The notes under the pieces are model-generated. The model made no database searches. It was given only the letters and a program-made list of their open reading frames with translations, and had not been told where the DNA came from. The position numbers and the translations under genes were made by a program. This document shows positions 19,497 through 28,732 of a DNA stretch of 64,000 bases, in pieces (position 1 is the stretch's first letter; each line of letters opens with the position of its first letter). Source of the stretch: Minisyncoccota bacterium (GTDB taxonomy: Bacteria; Patescibacteriota; Microgenomatia; UBA1400; UBA12028); assembly GCA_016211945.1 (NCBI GenBank), contig JACRHV010000003.1:5631-69630 (forward strand), in the 5' to 3' direction.

Positions 19497-20273
19497 CTAT
19501 ACCGCTATTCGAAGTTTATCCAGAATCCTTTGTAGGTCAGCTGTAAGATTGGAACTAAAACATGTTCTCTCTTTTGATTTTGGATTGATAAAGCAAAGTT
19601 TTTCTGCATGAAGAAACTGACGTGGACACCACTCACCATCTACCTTTGACCGCTTCCTGCCCACGTACCGCAGATCGCCCACCAAAGGATGTTTGAGAAA
19701 TGCCATATGCACGCGAATTTGATGTGTTCGACCCGTTTTTGGATGCAGGCGCACCAAAGAAAAACCTTGGTATGATTTTGTCTTTTTCTGCCCTAAAAAT
19801 GTTGGGGCGTGTGGGAAAAATTCGAGCACCTCGTAGGCCGTTTCACTCTCTTTTCCTTCTGGATCTACCGCAAAACGCTCATGATCACCAAAACTTCTCC
19901 CTAATGGAAGATTAATTACTCCCTCCCGCACACTAAACTTCCCATGAACCAACGCAATGTATGTTTTTTCCGTCTCATGGTCGCGAAACTGTCGCATCAG
20001 CTCCAGTAGCGTCTCTGGGTCTTTCGCAAAAACCATGACGCCTGAGGTGTCCTTATCCAAACGGTGGACCATACCTGATCGAGCTTTATATATCTCAATT
20101 GCGTCCTCCGCGTAGGTATGCCCCTCTTTTGTCCACTGCCCATACCAAGGCTGTTCCTCCATCCAGTCCTGCATTGTTGGCTCTTGGACCGTCTCAGCGC
20201 GATTCACCACAACTCCTGGTGGCTTGTCCACAACCACAACACATGCATCTTCGTATACTATTGGAATGTTCAC
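19497..20273 (-). CDS. RluA family pseudouridine synthase
   Basis: DKPPG, HRLDKDTSG, TGRTHQIRVH; GTG start overlapping lspA stop. Confidence 0.93.
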   Translation of the reverse strand: MNIPIVYEDACVVVVDKPPGVVVNRAETVQEPTMQDWMEEQPWYGQWTKEGHTYAEDAIEIYKARSGMVHRLDKDTSGVMVFAKDPETLLELMRQFRDHETEKTYIALVHGKFSVREGVINLPLGRSFGDHERFAVDPEGKESETAYEVLEFFPHAPTFLGQKKTKSYQGFSLVRLHPKTGRTHQIRVHMAFLKHPLVGDLRYVGRKRSKVDGEWCPRQFLHAEKLCFINPKSKERTCFSSNLTADLQRILDKLRIAV

Positions 20274-20725
20274 GTTTTTCCCTTCCGACTCGCCAATTGT
20301 ACTACAGAGAGAAAAACCGCAAGGAAAATCGCCCAATCCGCGAGGTTATTCCGTAGTCCTACAAAAGGTATAGGAAACCAGTCACGAACTCCACCAAAGT
20401 ATATTCTATCAATGATGTTGGAAACTGCACCTCCTATGAATAACCCAGTAAAAATGCCCTGCATATTTCGCCACACATACATCAACACACAACTCAGAAA
20501 AAAGAATAAAAACATTTGACTCAGAGGAAAAAGATTCAATGAAATGCCGGTGTTGAGCACTGTCTGACCACCCATCATACCCACACCATATTTTGATCCC
20601 TGATCCACAACGATCACGCCAAAGACTAAAACAAAAAACCAAATGCGTGAAGAGTAATTATTGAACCAATGTTGTCGCGGTTGGATCAACAAGGAGCCGT
20701 TGGATAGGAATTTCTTTGCCGTCAT
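20270..20725 (-). CDS. lspA: signal peptidase II, start uncertain
   Basis: DQGSK, NTG, GGAVSNIIDR, VRDW, NLAD. Confidence 0.85.
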   Translation of the reverse strand: MTAKKFLSNGSLLIQPRQHWFNNYSSRIWFFVLVFGVIVVDQGSKYGVGMMGGQTVLNTGISLNLFPLSQMFLFFFLSCVLMYVWRNMQGIFTGLFIGGAVSNIIDRIYFGGVRDWFPIPFVGLRNNLADWAIFLAVFLSVVQLASRKGKT

Positions 20726-20996
20726 GCGTAAGTCCATATATCCCCTTCTCCATACGGTCAAGCGCACCATTGACGCGCGCAAGCATATCAACCACCTCAG
20801 ATCCAACGACCTCACTCTCCAAAATCTGTGCTTCCTCACGTGCGTCGGTATCTGGACTTGCGTTGTTGTTCACTCGATCTTCGTTATGAACAGGATTCGC
20901 TTCATCAACAACTTTCTGAACCTCAGAAAGTTTTGCGCGGCGTTCTAAAAGTCTCTGCTTCAAAGTCTGGAGAACATCTGCGGGAATATGTTTCAT
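20658..20996 (-). CDS. DksA/TraR family protein without Zn-finger cysteines
   Basis: Coiled coil with acidic tip DTDARE; ALDRMEKGIYG...IPIQRL..DP. Confidence 0.8.
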   Translation of the reverse strand: MKHIPADVLQTLKQRLLERRAKLSEVQKVVDEANPVHNEDRVNNNASPDTDAREEAQILESEVVGSEVVDMLARVNGALDRMEKGIYGLTHDGKEIPIQRLLVDPTATTLVQ

Positions 20997-21011
20997 ATGT
21001 TCTCTAGCCTA

Positions 21012-21860
21012 TCATACCTGCTCTGCTTGGTGCAATGGAGCTTTCTTCTTTGGAAATGAAAACGATCGACCTGAGCGATTGTAGAGCACCACAAATCCCC
21101 CAATGATTGATGCGATATACAGCACAACATCAACAGAAAACCCATACGCCACAATCATTCCTTGTTGAACAGCACTCAAACCCAATCCAATCGCGCCAAA
21201 TCCCATACAGAATATCGCAAAGATGAAACCTGTTTGTGCGGTGCGACGATTTTCTCGATACCAAAGGAAAGTCCTATAGACCCCCTCCAACCGCCATAAC
21301 AAGAAAAACAACCCGAGATATGCTATTGCGGCATACAGTTGTGTTGGATGGTGTTTATCGAAAACCCCCGGAAACGTAAGTCCTATTGGCAACGTTGTCG
21401 CATTGCCAAATCCCGAGCCATTCACAAACATTCCAATGCTTATTACTACTGTAGAAAGCGCAACCGCCATTGCACTAAAATCCGCGATCTCAAAACTATC
21501 CCAACGGAGTGTCTTTGTCTGCATAAACATCCCATACGCTCCAGTAAGAAGACCAGAAAACCCTAAATATCCAGGATACGACATGAGTGAAAACCACTTG
21601 AGCACATCAAACCCAAACTCATTGAAATGTACGAGGATAAAACCGAGACGTGCGCCAATGAACCCCCAAAATGCGGTGGATAGGAGAACGTCAAACAGAA
21701 GGTGTTCATCATAGTACTCTTCTTTTCCTTTTTTCCAAAATATAAAGGCTCCAGCAAAAAATGCGAGGACCAAAAAAGGGCCAAATGCTAGTGTTCGAAT
21801 GAGGTTCAAAACGTCAATCACAGCGTAAGTATACATCATGGGGGCGGCCCCCTGTGCCAT
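21012..21860 (-). CDS. lgt: prolipoprotein diacylglyceryl transferase family
   Basis: GFIGARL, HPTQLY, multiple TMs; clustered with lspA; start uncertain. Confidence 0.85.
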   Translation of the reverse strand: MAQGAAPMMYTYAVIDVLNLIRTLAFGPFLVLAFFAGAFIFWKKGKEEYYDEHLLFDVLLSTAFWGFIGARLGFILVHFNEFGFDVLKWFSLMSYPGYLGFSGLLTGAYGMFMQTKTLRWDSFEIADFSAMAVALSTVVISIGMFVNGSGFGNATTLPIGLTFPGVFDKHHPTQLYAAIAYLGLFFLLWRLEGVYRTFLWYRENRRTAQTGFIFAIFCMGFGAIGLGLSAVQQGMIVAYGFSVDVVLYIASIIGGFVVLYNRSGRSFSFPKKKAPLHQAEQV

Positions 21861-21891
21861 TTTGCGAAGAGTTTGGTATACTGCGCAGGCT

Positions 21892-22368
21892 ATGTTATCT
21901 CTTTCACACGCGGCGACTGGAGCATTTTTAGCCGCTAAACTTCAGAATCCATTGCTTTATATTCCCATCATTCTTGCCTCACACTATCTTGAAGACTATA
22001 TCCTGCATTGGGACGTTGGGACCGGCCTTTCAAATGGTACGAGGAAACGCGAGCATGCGTTTATGTTGGAGGTAATAGATCTCGGCCTCACCGCCGTTTT
22101 AGTATTTGCGATGTATCCCACTACTCCGTGGACTATCACACAACATGTCTTTGCCGGACAATGGACTTCCCTCGCTCCCTACATTGGAGCGTTTTTTGCT
22201 TTAGTACCAGATTTTATTGAGGCTCCACGAAACTTTTTTCATTGGAACCCATGGTTCTTAAAACCATTGAATGCGTTTCATCATGCTATTCATCACTCGA
22301 CACCGAATATGTTGCTTGGACTGACGCCACAACTTATTCTTCTTGCCGGTCTCTGGTTTTTTAGATAA
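21892..22368 (+). CDS. membrane protein, possible metal-dependent hydrolase
   Basis: SHAATG, SHYLED..HWD, PD, FHHAIHH. Confidence 0.7.
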   Translation: MLSLSHAATGAFLAAKLQNPLLYIPIILASHYLEDYILHWDVGTGLSNGTRKREHAFMLEVIDLGLTAVLVFAMYPTTPWTITQHVFAGQWTSLAPYIGAFFALVPDFIEAPRNFFHWNPWFLKPLNAFHHAIHHSTPNMLLGLTPQLILLAGLWFFR

Positions 22369-22419
22369 TGCGAGTTTTGCTGTAAGCTCCTTTGATCCTC
22401 TGGTATAATCGCTTATGTC

Positions 22420-22503
22420 GCCGAGATGCTGGAATGGTATACAGTCTAGTCTCAAAAACTAGTGGGCTTCGCGCCCATGAGGGTTCGACTCCCTCTCTCG
22501 GCA
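22420..22503 (+). tRNA. tRNA-Leu(CAA)
   Basis: Acceptor GCCGAGA/TCTCGGC, anticodon arm CTAGT-CTCAAAA-ACTAG, long variable arm, GGTTCGACTCC; CCA not encoded; TGGTATAAT upstream. Confidence 0.97.
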
Positions 22504-22506
22504 CAG

Positions 22507-22830
22507 ATGCCAGCCCAGAAAAGAGATATCTTGAATCAAGATTCTTTAAGAGAAAGACTTTACACCGCCTCAACATTGAAAGATGTCTTGAGTATTTTAG
22601 ATGTGTTGAAGGAAACAGACGGGAAAGTCTTGATTGAGGAAAGCATTCGAGCGCTTGTTGCGATATACGAAGCGGGTAAAATTACCACACAAGATTTACT
22701 TTTTGTGCGTAGAATATTTACGGCACATATAAACCGAGACGATGCCAAGATATGGTGTTCCGACAAAAATAGTGTTCAACAAACCTATGCTATTTTTTTT
22801 GAGTACGCAGAACGAGCGTTCTCAAAATAA
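22507..22830 (+). CDS. hypothetical protein
   Basis: AT-rich ORF directly after the tRNA. Confidence 0.55.
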   Translation: MPAQKRDILNQDSLRERLYTASTLKDVLSILDVLKETDGKVLIEESIRALVAIYEAGKITTQDLLFVRRIFTAHINRDDAKIWCSDKNSVQQTYAIFFEYAERAFSK

Positions 22831-22880
22831 ATTTGTTTTGCTTATTTGATTCCTTACTCATTTTCCGTTACTCTACATGT

Positions 22881-23120
22881 ATGCAATCTCTGCTCCATGC
22901 ATTGTTCTCTGTCGACAGCATTTGGTCATTTGTCTTTCAGGCGGTGATTTGGTTTGCAATATGTCTTGTGATGATCGTGAGCACCGATGTCGCACGTCCA
23001 GAAAGAAATTATAAAAAATTGAAGCAAAATTTGGGTTTATTGTTAATGTTCATCTTCTTATCAGGAGGATTGCTATTTGTGTTGTTTGGAAGAACTCCGG
23101 TACCAATGGTAAGAAGTTGA
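22881..23120 (+). CDS. small two-TM membrane protein
   Basis: Two hydrophobic helices separated by a basic loop. Confidence 0.65.
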   Translation: MQSLLHALFSVDSIWSFVFQAVIWFAICLVMIVSTDVARPERNYKKLKQNLGLLLMFIFLSGGLLFVLFGRTPVPMVRS

Positions 23121-23156
23121 TCATTTAAGTAAAAAGAAGTAATAATTTATATTACT

Positions 23157-23504
23157 ATGTCAAGTTTTAGTCTTGATAAATTGAAAAAATACCTCCCCGC
23201 TAGAGATTCTAGCCACGCTCACACTATTGCTGATAGTATTTTAAGGACGGATAGAACTGTTCGCGATGAAGAACGTCAATTACTTTACAAATACCTAATG
23301 ACTCAAATACTATTTCCTGACGCACAAGAAAAATTAGAGGAAGATAAAAGAGTGTGGGCACTTGCTTGTGCAATATTGAGATATTTCGAAAATCATAATC
23401 CCCATTATCGGCCACCAAATCCTTCATCTATGATGGATGGGGTTGGAGGGACAAATCCACGAATATATGATGGGGATGACGATTGGATGAATCTTAACAA
23501 TTAA
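23157..23504 (+). CDS. hypothetical protein
   Basis: 115 aa AT-rich ORF. Confidence 0.55.
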   Translation: MSSFSLDKLKKYLPARDSSHAHTIADSILRTDRTVRDEERQLLYKYLMTQILFPDAQEKLEEDKRVWALACAILRYFENHNPHYRPPNPSSMMDGVGGTNPRIYDGDDDWMNLNN

Positions 23505-23508
23505 GACC

Positions 23509-24816
23509 CTATCCTCTCTGTTCCATCCCGTAAAACTTAATGCGATCACCCTTAAAGAACAGGTCTATACTACGTAACGGTCCATTGCGGTGTTTTGCAA
23601 TGGTAAGCTTTACATGCTCCGGCGCCTCGTCTTCTTCTCGATACAAAAACATCACAACGTCCGAGTCCTGCTCTATCGAACCACTCTCGCGTAAATCCGA
23701 CAGTTGTGGCTGTTTTGTTCCTCTGTTTTCTACTCCACGGTTGAGCTGCGACAACGCTAAAACGGGAACCTTCAACTCGCGCGCTAAATTCTTTAGGCCC
23801 TGCGAAATTTCGGACACTTCCTGCACCCGATTGTCTTTTGTGTACCCCTGCATCAACTGTAAATAATCAACCACAATCAAGTCCAATCCATGTTCTGCCA
23901 TCAACCGTCTTGCTTTAGTCCGCACCTCCAAGATAGACTGGCCGGGAGTGTCATCAAAATACAGCGGAGCCTCGGCGAGTACACCCATCGCCTCAGAAAG
24001 TTTTTCAAAATCATCCTCACTAAGCCGCCCTGTTTTCAATCTCCACGCATCAATGTCGGCCTGTTGCACCAAGAGACGATCCACCATTTCCTCGGTGCTC
24101 ATCTCCAGCGCAAAATACCCAACCTTCATCCCTTTCACCACCGCGACATGTTGGGCGATAGAAAGAGAAAATGCCGTTTTTCCAATACCGGGACGCGCCG
24201 CCAACACAATGAGGTTAGACTTCTGCATACCAGCCAAAGTATTGTCCAAATCCAAAAATCCGGTTGAAACTCCGCGCAATCCATCACTGTTTTTGTGGAG
24301 TTCATCAAGTCGATCAAAACTTTCTGACAATGCTTTTTTCAAAGAAACAAATGATCGCCGCATCTGTTTCTGTGATAAGCTGAACACTTGTTTTTCCGTT
24401 TTGTCCAAAATCTGGTCTGTACTTAACCCGGGATCAAACGCCATTTCACCCAACTCTCCTGAGAGTGAGATGAGAGAACGTTTAATCGATAAATCGCGTA
24501 CGATCTTGGCGTATTGAACCACATGGGCAGCTGTAGGAACGCTGGAAGCAAGTTTGGCTAGATATGCAGACCCGCCAATTTCGGTAAACCGCTTCATTTT
24601 CTTCAGTTGATTGGTCAACGTCACCACATCAATGGGCTCGCGCTCATCGAAGAGCTTCAGCATTGCCTCATAAATATCAGCATGCGCGGTTTTATAGAAA
24701 TTGGCTGATTCTAATTTATCCGCAACTTGAACAATCGCTTCTCTATCGAGCAGAATAGCCCCTAAAACGCTTTCTTCTGCTTCAAGATTATGTGGAGGAG
24801 TTTTGAGATCTGCCAT
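23509..24816 (-). CDS. dnaB: replicative DNA helicase
   Basis: PPHNLEAE, AARPGIGKT, DYLQL, LSQLNR, SDLRESGSIEQD; no intein. Confidence 0.98.
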   Translation of the reverse strand: MADLKTPPHNLEAEESVLGAILLDREAIVQVADKLESANFYKTAHADIYEAMLKLFDEREPIDVVTLTNQLKKMKRFTEIGGSAYLAKLASSVPTAAHVVQYAKIVRDLSIKRSLISLSGELGEMAFDPGLSTDQILDKTEKQVFSLSQKQMRRSFVSLKKALSESFDRLDELHKNSDGLRGVSTGFLDLDNTLAGMQKSNLIVLAARPGIGKTAFSLSIAQHVAVVKGMKVGYFALEMSTEEMVDRLLVQQADIDAWRLKTGRLSEDDFEKLSEAMGVLAEAPLYFDDTPGQSILEVRTKARRLMAEHGLDLIVVDYLQLMQGYTKDNRVQEVSEISQGLKNLARELKVPVLALSQLNRGVENRGTKQPQLSDLRESGSIEQDSDVVMFLYREEDEAPEHVKLTIAKHRNGPLRSIDLFFKGDRIKFYGMEQRG

Positions 24817-24852
24817 AATATTTCACTTTTCAACGACGGGACTCGCAGATAC

Positions 24853-25515
24853 CTAGGCTGTTTTTAACACAACGAGTTCTGTTTCTTCCGGCATCGAACC
24901 GGCGTTCACGACAAATGCTGTTGTTGGTTCCTTCGTGATACCGTAAATCTTCATAAAATCTTCAACCGTTGCGAGTTGTCCAAACGCTTTTTGATCGTGT
25001 TCGGCAGTACGATAATGCATTGGAATAACATAATACGGCTCAAGTTGCTGAATAACATCCACTGCTTGTTTCGGATCGAGGCTATACACTCCTCCCACAG
25101 GACAGAGTAATACATCGATCGTACCCATTTCCTCTACCGTTTTTTCATCAAGTACATGTCCCAAATCTCCTAAGTGTGCGACGCTCACATCGTCGATCTG
25201 CACCACGTACATCGTGTTGGAACCTCGCTCACCTCCTTGTGTTGCGTCGTGATATGAGGGATGGCCGAACACAGAGATTCCATTTACCTCATATTCACCT
25301 GGAGTATCAATAATAAATGGTTTCTCTCGACGCGCTGTCCCCATCGCATGGTCCACTGCATTATGATCTGAATGTTGATGCGAGACCGTTACAACATCTA
25401 CCGCAATTTTTGGTAACTTAAACGAGCGTGTGGCGTCATCATACGGATCCATGAGCACGGTCCCCTGTTTTCCTTTGAGCTTGAAACACGAGTGACCGAG
25501 GTAAGTAATTTCCAT
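24853..25515 (-). CDS. MBL-fold metallohydrolase
   Basis: GHSCF, SHQHSDH, HLGDLGH, IPMHY. Confidence 0.9.
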   Translation of the reverse strand: MEITYLGHSCFKLKGKQGTVLMDPYDDATRSFKLPKIAVDVVTVSHQHSDHNAVDHAMGTARREKPFIIDTPGEYEVNGISVFGHPSYHDATQGGERGSNTMYVVQIDDVSVAHLGDLGHVLDEKTVEEMGTIDVLLCPVGGVYSLDPKQAVDVIQQLEPYYVIPMHYRTAEHDQKAFGQLATVEDFMKIYGITKEPTTAFVVNAGSMPEETELVVLKTA

Positions 25516-25579
25516 GAGACGATTGTAGCGTGGGTTTTCTTCGTATGCAACGGAGGAATGTGATGCCTGGCGAACGAGG

Positions 25580-25601
25580 AGGTCCGACCTAGTTCCGACC
25601 T
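25580..25601. repeat. tandem 11-bp palindromic unit, copy 1
   Basis: AGGTCCGACCT-AGTTCCGACCT; recurs at 45138. Confidence 0.75.
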
Positions 25602-25668
25602 TTCTGTTGACTCTTTCCGCTGGCCCTCTGGCAAAATATGCGTTTACCCGGTAGAATAGGCATCGCCT

Positions 25669-26172
25669 ATGAAAAAAGAGGTTGGTATTGCAATTATTTT
25701 CGGTGTATTCGTTGGACTCGTTCTGACGTTCGGCGTGTATGTTGCAAATACCGCACTTCAGAAAAAATCACAAAAAGAAACCACGACAACCGCAACACCT
25801 TCCCCTAGTGTTCAAGAAACAACGTCTTCTACTATTGTTCTATTTAATCCAGACGATGGCGCTCTTGTTGAAAAAGAACTTCTTCTTGTCTCGGGGCTTA
25901 CATCCGCAAACGCCACTGTTGTTGTATTCGTGAACAACGATGAATACGTCACTACTGCAGATCAAAAAGGAAACTTCACTGTGGAGGTAAAACTTACTGG
26001 TGGAAGCAATGTGATTACCACGATCGTTACAGAGCTATCTGGAAAACAAAATGAGGATACGCGCGTCGTTGTGTTTAGCACAGCAAATCTCGACGATGCT
26101 CCGCTTACTTCTCTACCACCCACACCTTCGGCATCACCAAAAAGTTCAGTAAAACCAAAGGAATCACCATAA
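25669..26172 (+). CDS. membrane-anchored protein with Ig-like domain
   Basis: N-terminal TM, Thr/Pro linker, VSGLT..ATV..ADQKGNF..L..GSNVI. Confidence 0.8.
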   Translation: MKKEVGIAIIFGVFVGLVLTFGVYVANTALQKKSQKETTTTATPSPSVQETTSSTIVLFNPDDGALVEKELLLVSGLTSANATVVVFVNNDEYVTTADQKGNFTVEVKLTGGSNVITTIVTELSGKQNEDTRVVVFSTANLDDAPLTSLPPTPSASPKSSVKPKESP

Positions 26173-26183
26173 ACGGAGCAATC

Positions 26184-26849
26184 ATGAAGTCATCATATTT
26201 CTTTCTTTCATTCATCATTGTGTGTCTCGTATGGTTGTTTTCCTTCTCTTCACTCATACAAGCAGCCACGGCGACAATCTCAGCAAATACCACAGCAACA
26301 CGTTCAGCGGTGGATCGTGTGAAGGAAATATTAGAAGAAACAGAGCAGATCCAAAACCAACGGAAACGTCGAGCGCTTGTAGGAATGGTAGAGCGTGTAA
26401 CAACAGAATCGTTATCTTTAAAAACATTAAAAGGAGAACAGATTATTAAGCTTTTGCCAGAAAAAACGACTATTCTCTCTACTCCTAAACCGCAGCCAAT
26501 GCAGGTGCAGGACATTGAGATCGGCGGATATGCTATTGTGATGGGTTATGTAAATAGCGATGATGTTATAGAAGCACGGCGTATTCTTGTATCCTCAACA
26601 ATTCTTTTCCCGCCAAAGAAGAAAATTGTTCTTGGTACTGTACAAAATATCTCTTCCTCTACTCTTACTCTATTGACCCGTATGCAAAAAGAAGAAAAAA
26701 TCTCTCTTTCAAAAAAAACAGTCTATGAAGATAAGCAGGGTGAATCGCTTAAAAGGACTGAGGTTCGGGAGGACGATGAGGTACTTGTTATCTTCAGAAA
26801 CGCTGATGATGCAAGTGCCTCTGCAACTGTCGTTACTGTACTTCAATAA
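26184..26849 (+). CDS. exported protein with two OB-like (DUF5666-like) repeats
   Basis: Signal/TM; two G.V...T......DI..G..V.V-type repeats. Confidence 0.65.
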   Translation: MKSSYFFLSFIIVCLVWLFSFSSLIQAATATISANTTATRSAVDRVKEILEETEQIQNQRKRRALVGMVERVTTESLSLKTLKGEQIIKLLPEKTTILSTPKPQPMQVQDIEIGGYAIVMGYVNSDDVIEARRILVSSTILFPPKKKIVLGTVQNISSSTLTLLTRMQKEEKISLSKKTVYEDKQGESLKRTEVREDDEVLVIFRNADDASASATVVTVLQ

Positions 26850-26930
26850 CGTGTTCTTTCTCAGTAATCCAGATGTATTTGCGCATTGTTGACACCCTGT
26901 GATATAGTATCTCCCACAAGTAAACTGTAT

Positions 26931-27178
26931 AAAGCGCTAACTGGAGTCACGATCCAGGAGCTGCTCGCCAAAATGCGAGACGGAAGCTTCACCGTAAAAC
27001 CAAGCAGTCGATGTCGCTCAAGCGGAGTCGGCCCAAGAGCTTCTCAGAAAAATGCTGAGAAGAACAAAGGATGGGACCGCGGGAGGTCCTTTTTTATTGC
27101 GCAAATGTTTTGCGCAGGATGCCTCTCGTTCCTTACAGATCACAGTTGCTGTGGTGTGTAGCGAACGGGAGGTTTTTT
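26931..27178 (+). promoter_or_regulatory. T-box riboswitch, His-specific, transcriptional
   Basis: Antiterminator AAGGA-TGGGACC-GCGGGAGG (27067-86) pairs with CCTCTCGT-TCCTT (27122-34); alternative terminator ends GAACGGGAGG-T6; CAC at 26948-50 in Stem I loop; extended -10 TGATATAGT at 26900. Confidence 0.92.
27122..27178 (+). terminator. T-box intrinsic terminator
   Basis: CCTCTCGTTC...GAACGGGAGG-TTTTTT. Confidence 0.9.
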
Positions 27179-27214
27179 GTTAGAAAAATAAAAGAGGAAA
27201 AAAGAAAGGAATAT

Positions 27215-28732
27215 ATGAACATCCAACTTACAGGAAAAGATTTAACGATTGATCTTGTAAAAAAAGTCGCCAGAGATAGAGAGAAAATTTCTCTTTCTCA
27301 GAAAGCTCGCAAAAATATAGAAAAAGGCCGAGGTATTTTACAAGCTTACGTTGATCGTGGAGAAAAGATTTATGGGGTAACAACCGGGTTTGGAGATTTC
27401 TCTAAGGTTTTCATATCCTCAAATGACGCCGCGCAACTTCAAGTGAATCTTATTCGCAGTCACAATGCAGGTGTTGGCAATCCAGTTCCAGAGGATGTAG
27501 TTCGAGCGACTATGCTTGCTCGTACAAATTACTTGGCTAGTGGAATGTCTGGCTGTCGACCAATAATTGTTGAAACACTCGTTGAAGCCTTAAACAAAAA
27601 CCTCTATCCTTTTATTCCAAGAAAAGGTTCTGTTGGTGCGAGTGGAGATCTTGCTCCTTTGGCTGCAATGGCTGCTTGTCTTATGGGTGAAGGATTTGCC
27701 ATTGTTGATGGGAAAAAAGTGCCTTCATTGCAAGTTCTGCAAGAAAAGAGAATTAAACCAATCAAACTTTCATTCAAAGAGGGACTCTCCCTTATTAATG
27801 GCGATACGCTCATGGTAGGATACGCCACCCTACTGGTATATGACGCAATTCAACTTGCAAAACTCTCAGATATTGCTATCAGCATGACAATCGAGAGTAT
27901 TGTTGGCGTTATGGAGGCTTTCGACGAACGCCTGCAACTCTCTCGAGGTTTTTTTGGTCAAGTTGCTTCTGCCAGAAATATTCGAGCGCTCACTGCTGGA
28001 AGCAAAATACTCTCTGGAGAAAAAAGACGGGTTCAAGATAGCTATGTTATTCGATGTGGTCCGGTTATTTTGGGTGCATCACGCGAAGCAATTTCGTTTG
28101 TTCGGCGTCAAACGGAGATCGAACTTAATGGATCGTGCGACAACCCACTTGTTTTCTTAAAAGATGACGCTGTTTTAGCTGGTGGAAACTTCCACGGCCA
28201 GCCACTCGCTCTTCCGCTCGATTTTCTCAAGATTGCGGTATCGGAATTTGCAAGCTCCTCTGAACGTCGAATGGAACGCATGATTAATAAAACATACTCG
28301 GGAATGCCTCCATTTCTTATTGAAAATGGTGGATTGAATTCCGGTTTTATGGTCCCGCAATATACCGCTGCTGGACTCATTAACTTAAATAAGGGGCTTT
28401 CGTGGCCGAATAGTGTTGATTCAACGCCTCTTTGTGCGGGTCAAGAAGATCACGTTTCCATGGGAACAAATTCTGCACTTACAGCATATGAAGTTGTTCA
28501 AAATACACAGTATGTCTTGGCAATTGAGTTGCTGATTGCTGCGCAAGCATTAGAGTTTTCCGAGAAATCTCCAAGCTTAGTCATACAAAAACTGAAACGG
28601 TTCATTCGAACAAAGATTCCAAAGGTTACACAAGACGTTGCTATGAGTCCACTCATCGAGCAAATGAAGAACTGGATTGCAGACGAATCGTTTGTTCGTA
28701 TGACAGAAAAAAATGTTGGAGTATTGGCATGA
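27215..28732 (+). CDS. hutH: histidine ammonia-lyase-like MIO enzyme
   Basis: YGVTTGFG, NLIRSH, GSVGASGDLAPL (MIO triad ASG), GNFHGQP, QEDHVSMG; AAGGA RBS. Confidence 0.9.
   Translation: MNIQLTGKDLTIDLVKKVARDREKISLSQKARKNIEKGRGILQAYVDRGEKIYGVTTGFGDFSKVFISSNDAAQLQVNLIRSHNAGVGNPVPEDVVRATMLARTNYLASGMSGCRPIIVETLVEALNKNLYPFIPRKGSVGASGDLAPLAAMAACLMGEGFAIVDGKKVPSLQVLQEKRIKPIKLSFKEGLSLINGDTLMVGYATLLVYDAIQLAKLSDIAISMTIESIVGVMEAFDERLQLSRGFFGQVASARNIRALTAGSKILSGEKRRVQDSYVIRCGPVILGASREAISFVRRQTEIELNGSCDNPLVFLKDDAVLAGGNFHGQPLALPLDFLKIAVSEFASSSERRMERMINKTYSGMPPFLIENGGLNSGFMVPQYTAAGLINLNKGLSWPNSVDSTPLCAGQEDHVSMGTNSALTAYEVVQNTQYVLAIELLIAAQALEFSEKSPSLVIQKLKRFIRTKIPKVTQDVAMSPLIEQMKNWIADESFVRMTEKNVGVLA

Noticed and set aside
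22420-23508. tRNA-anchored integrative element
   Set aside because: No duplicated tRNA 3' end and no adjacent integrase seen.
27071-27214. N-terminal extension of the hutH ORF, and ORF 26886-27161
   Set aside because: Both overlap the T-box antiterminator/terminator; the RBS and family N-terminus fit a start at 27215.
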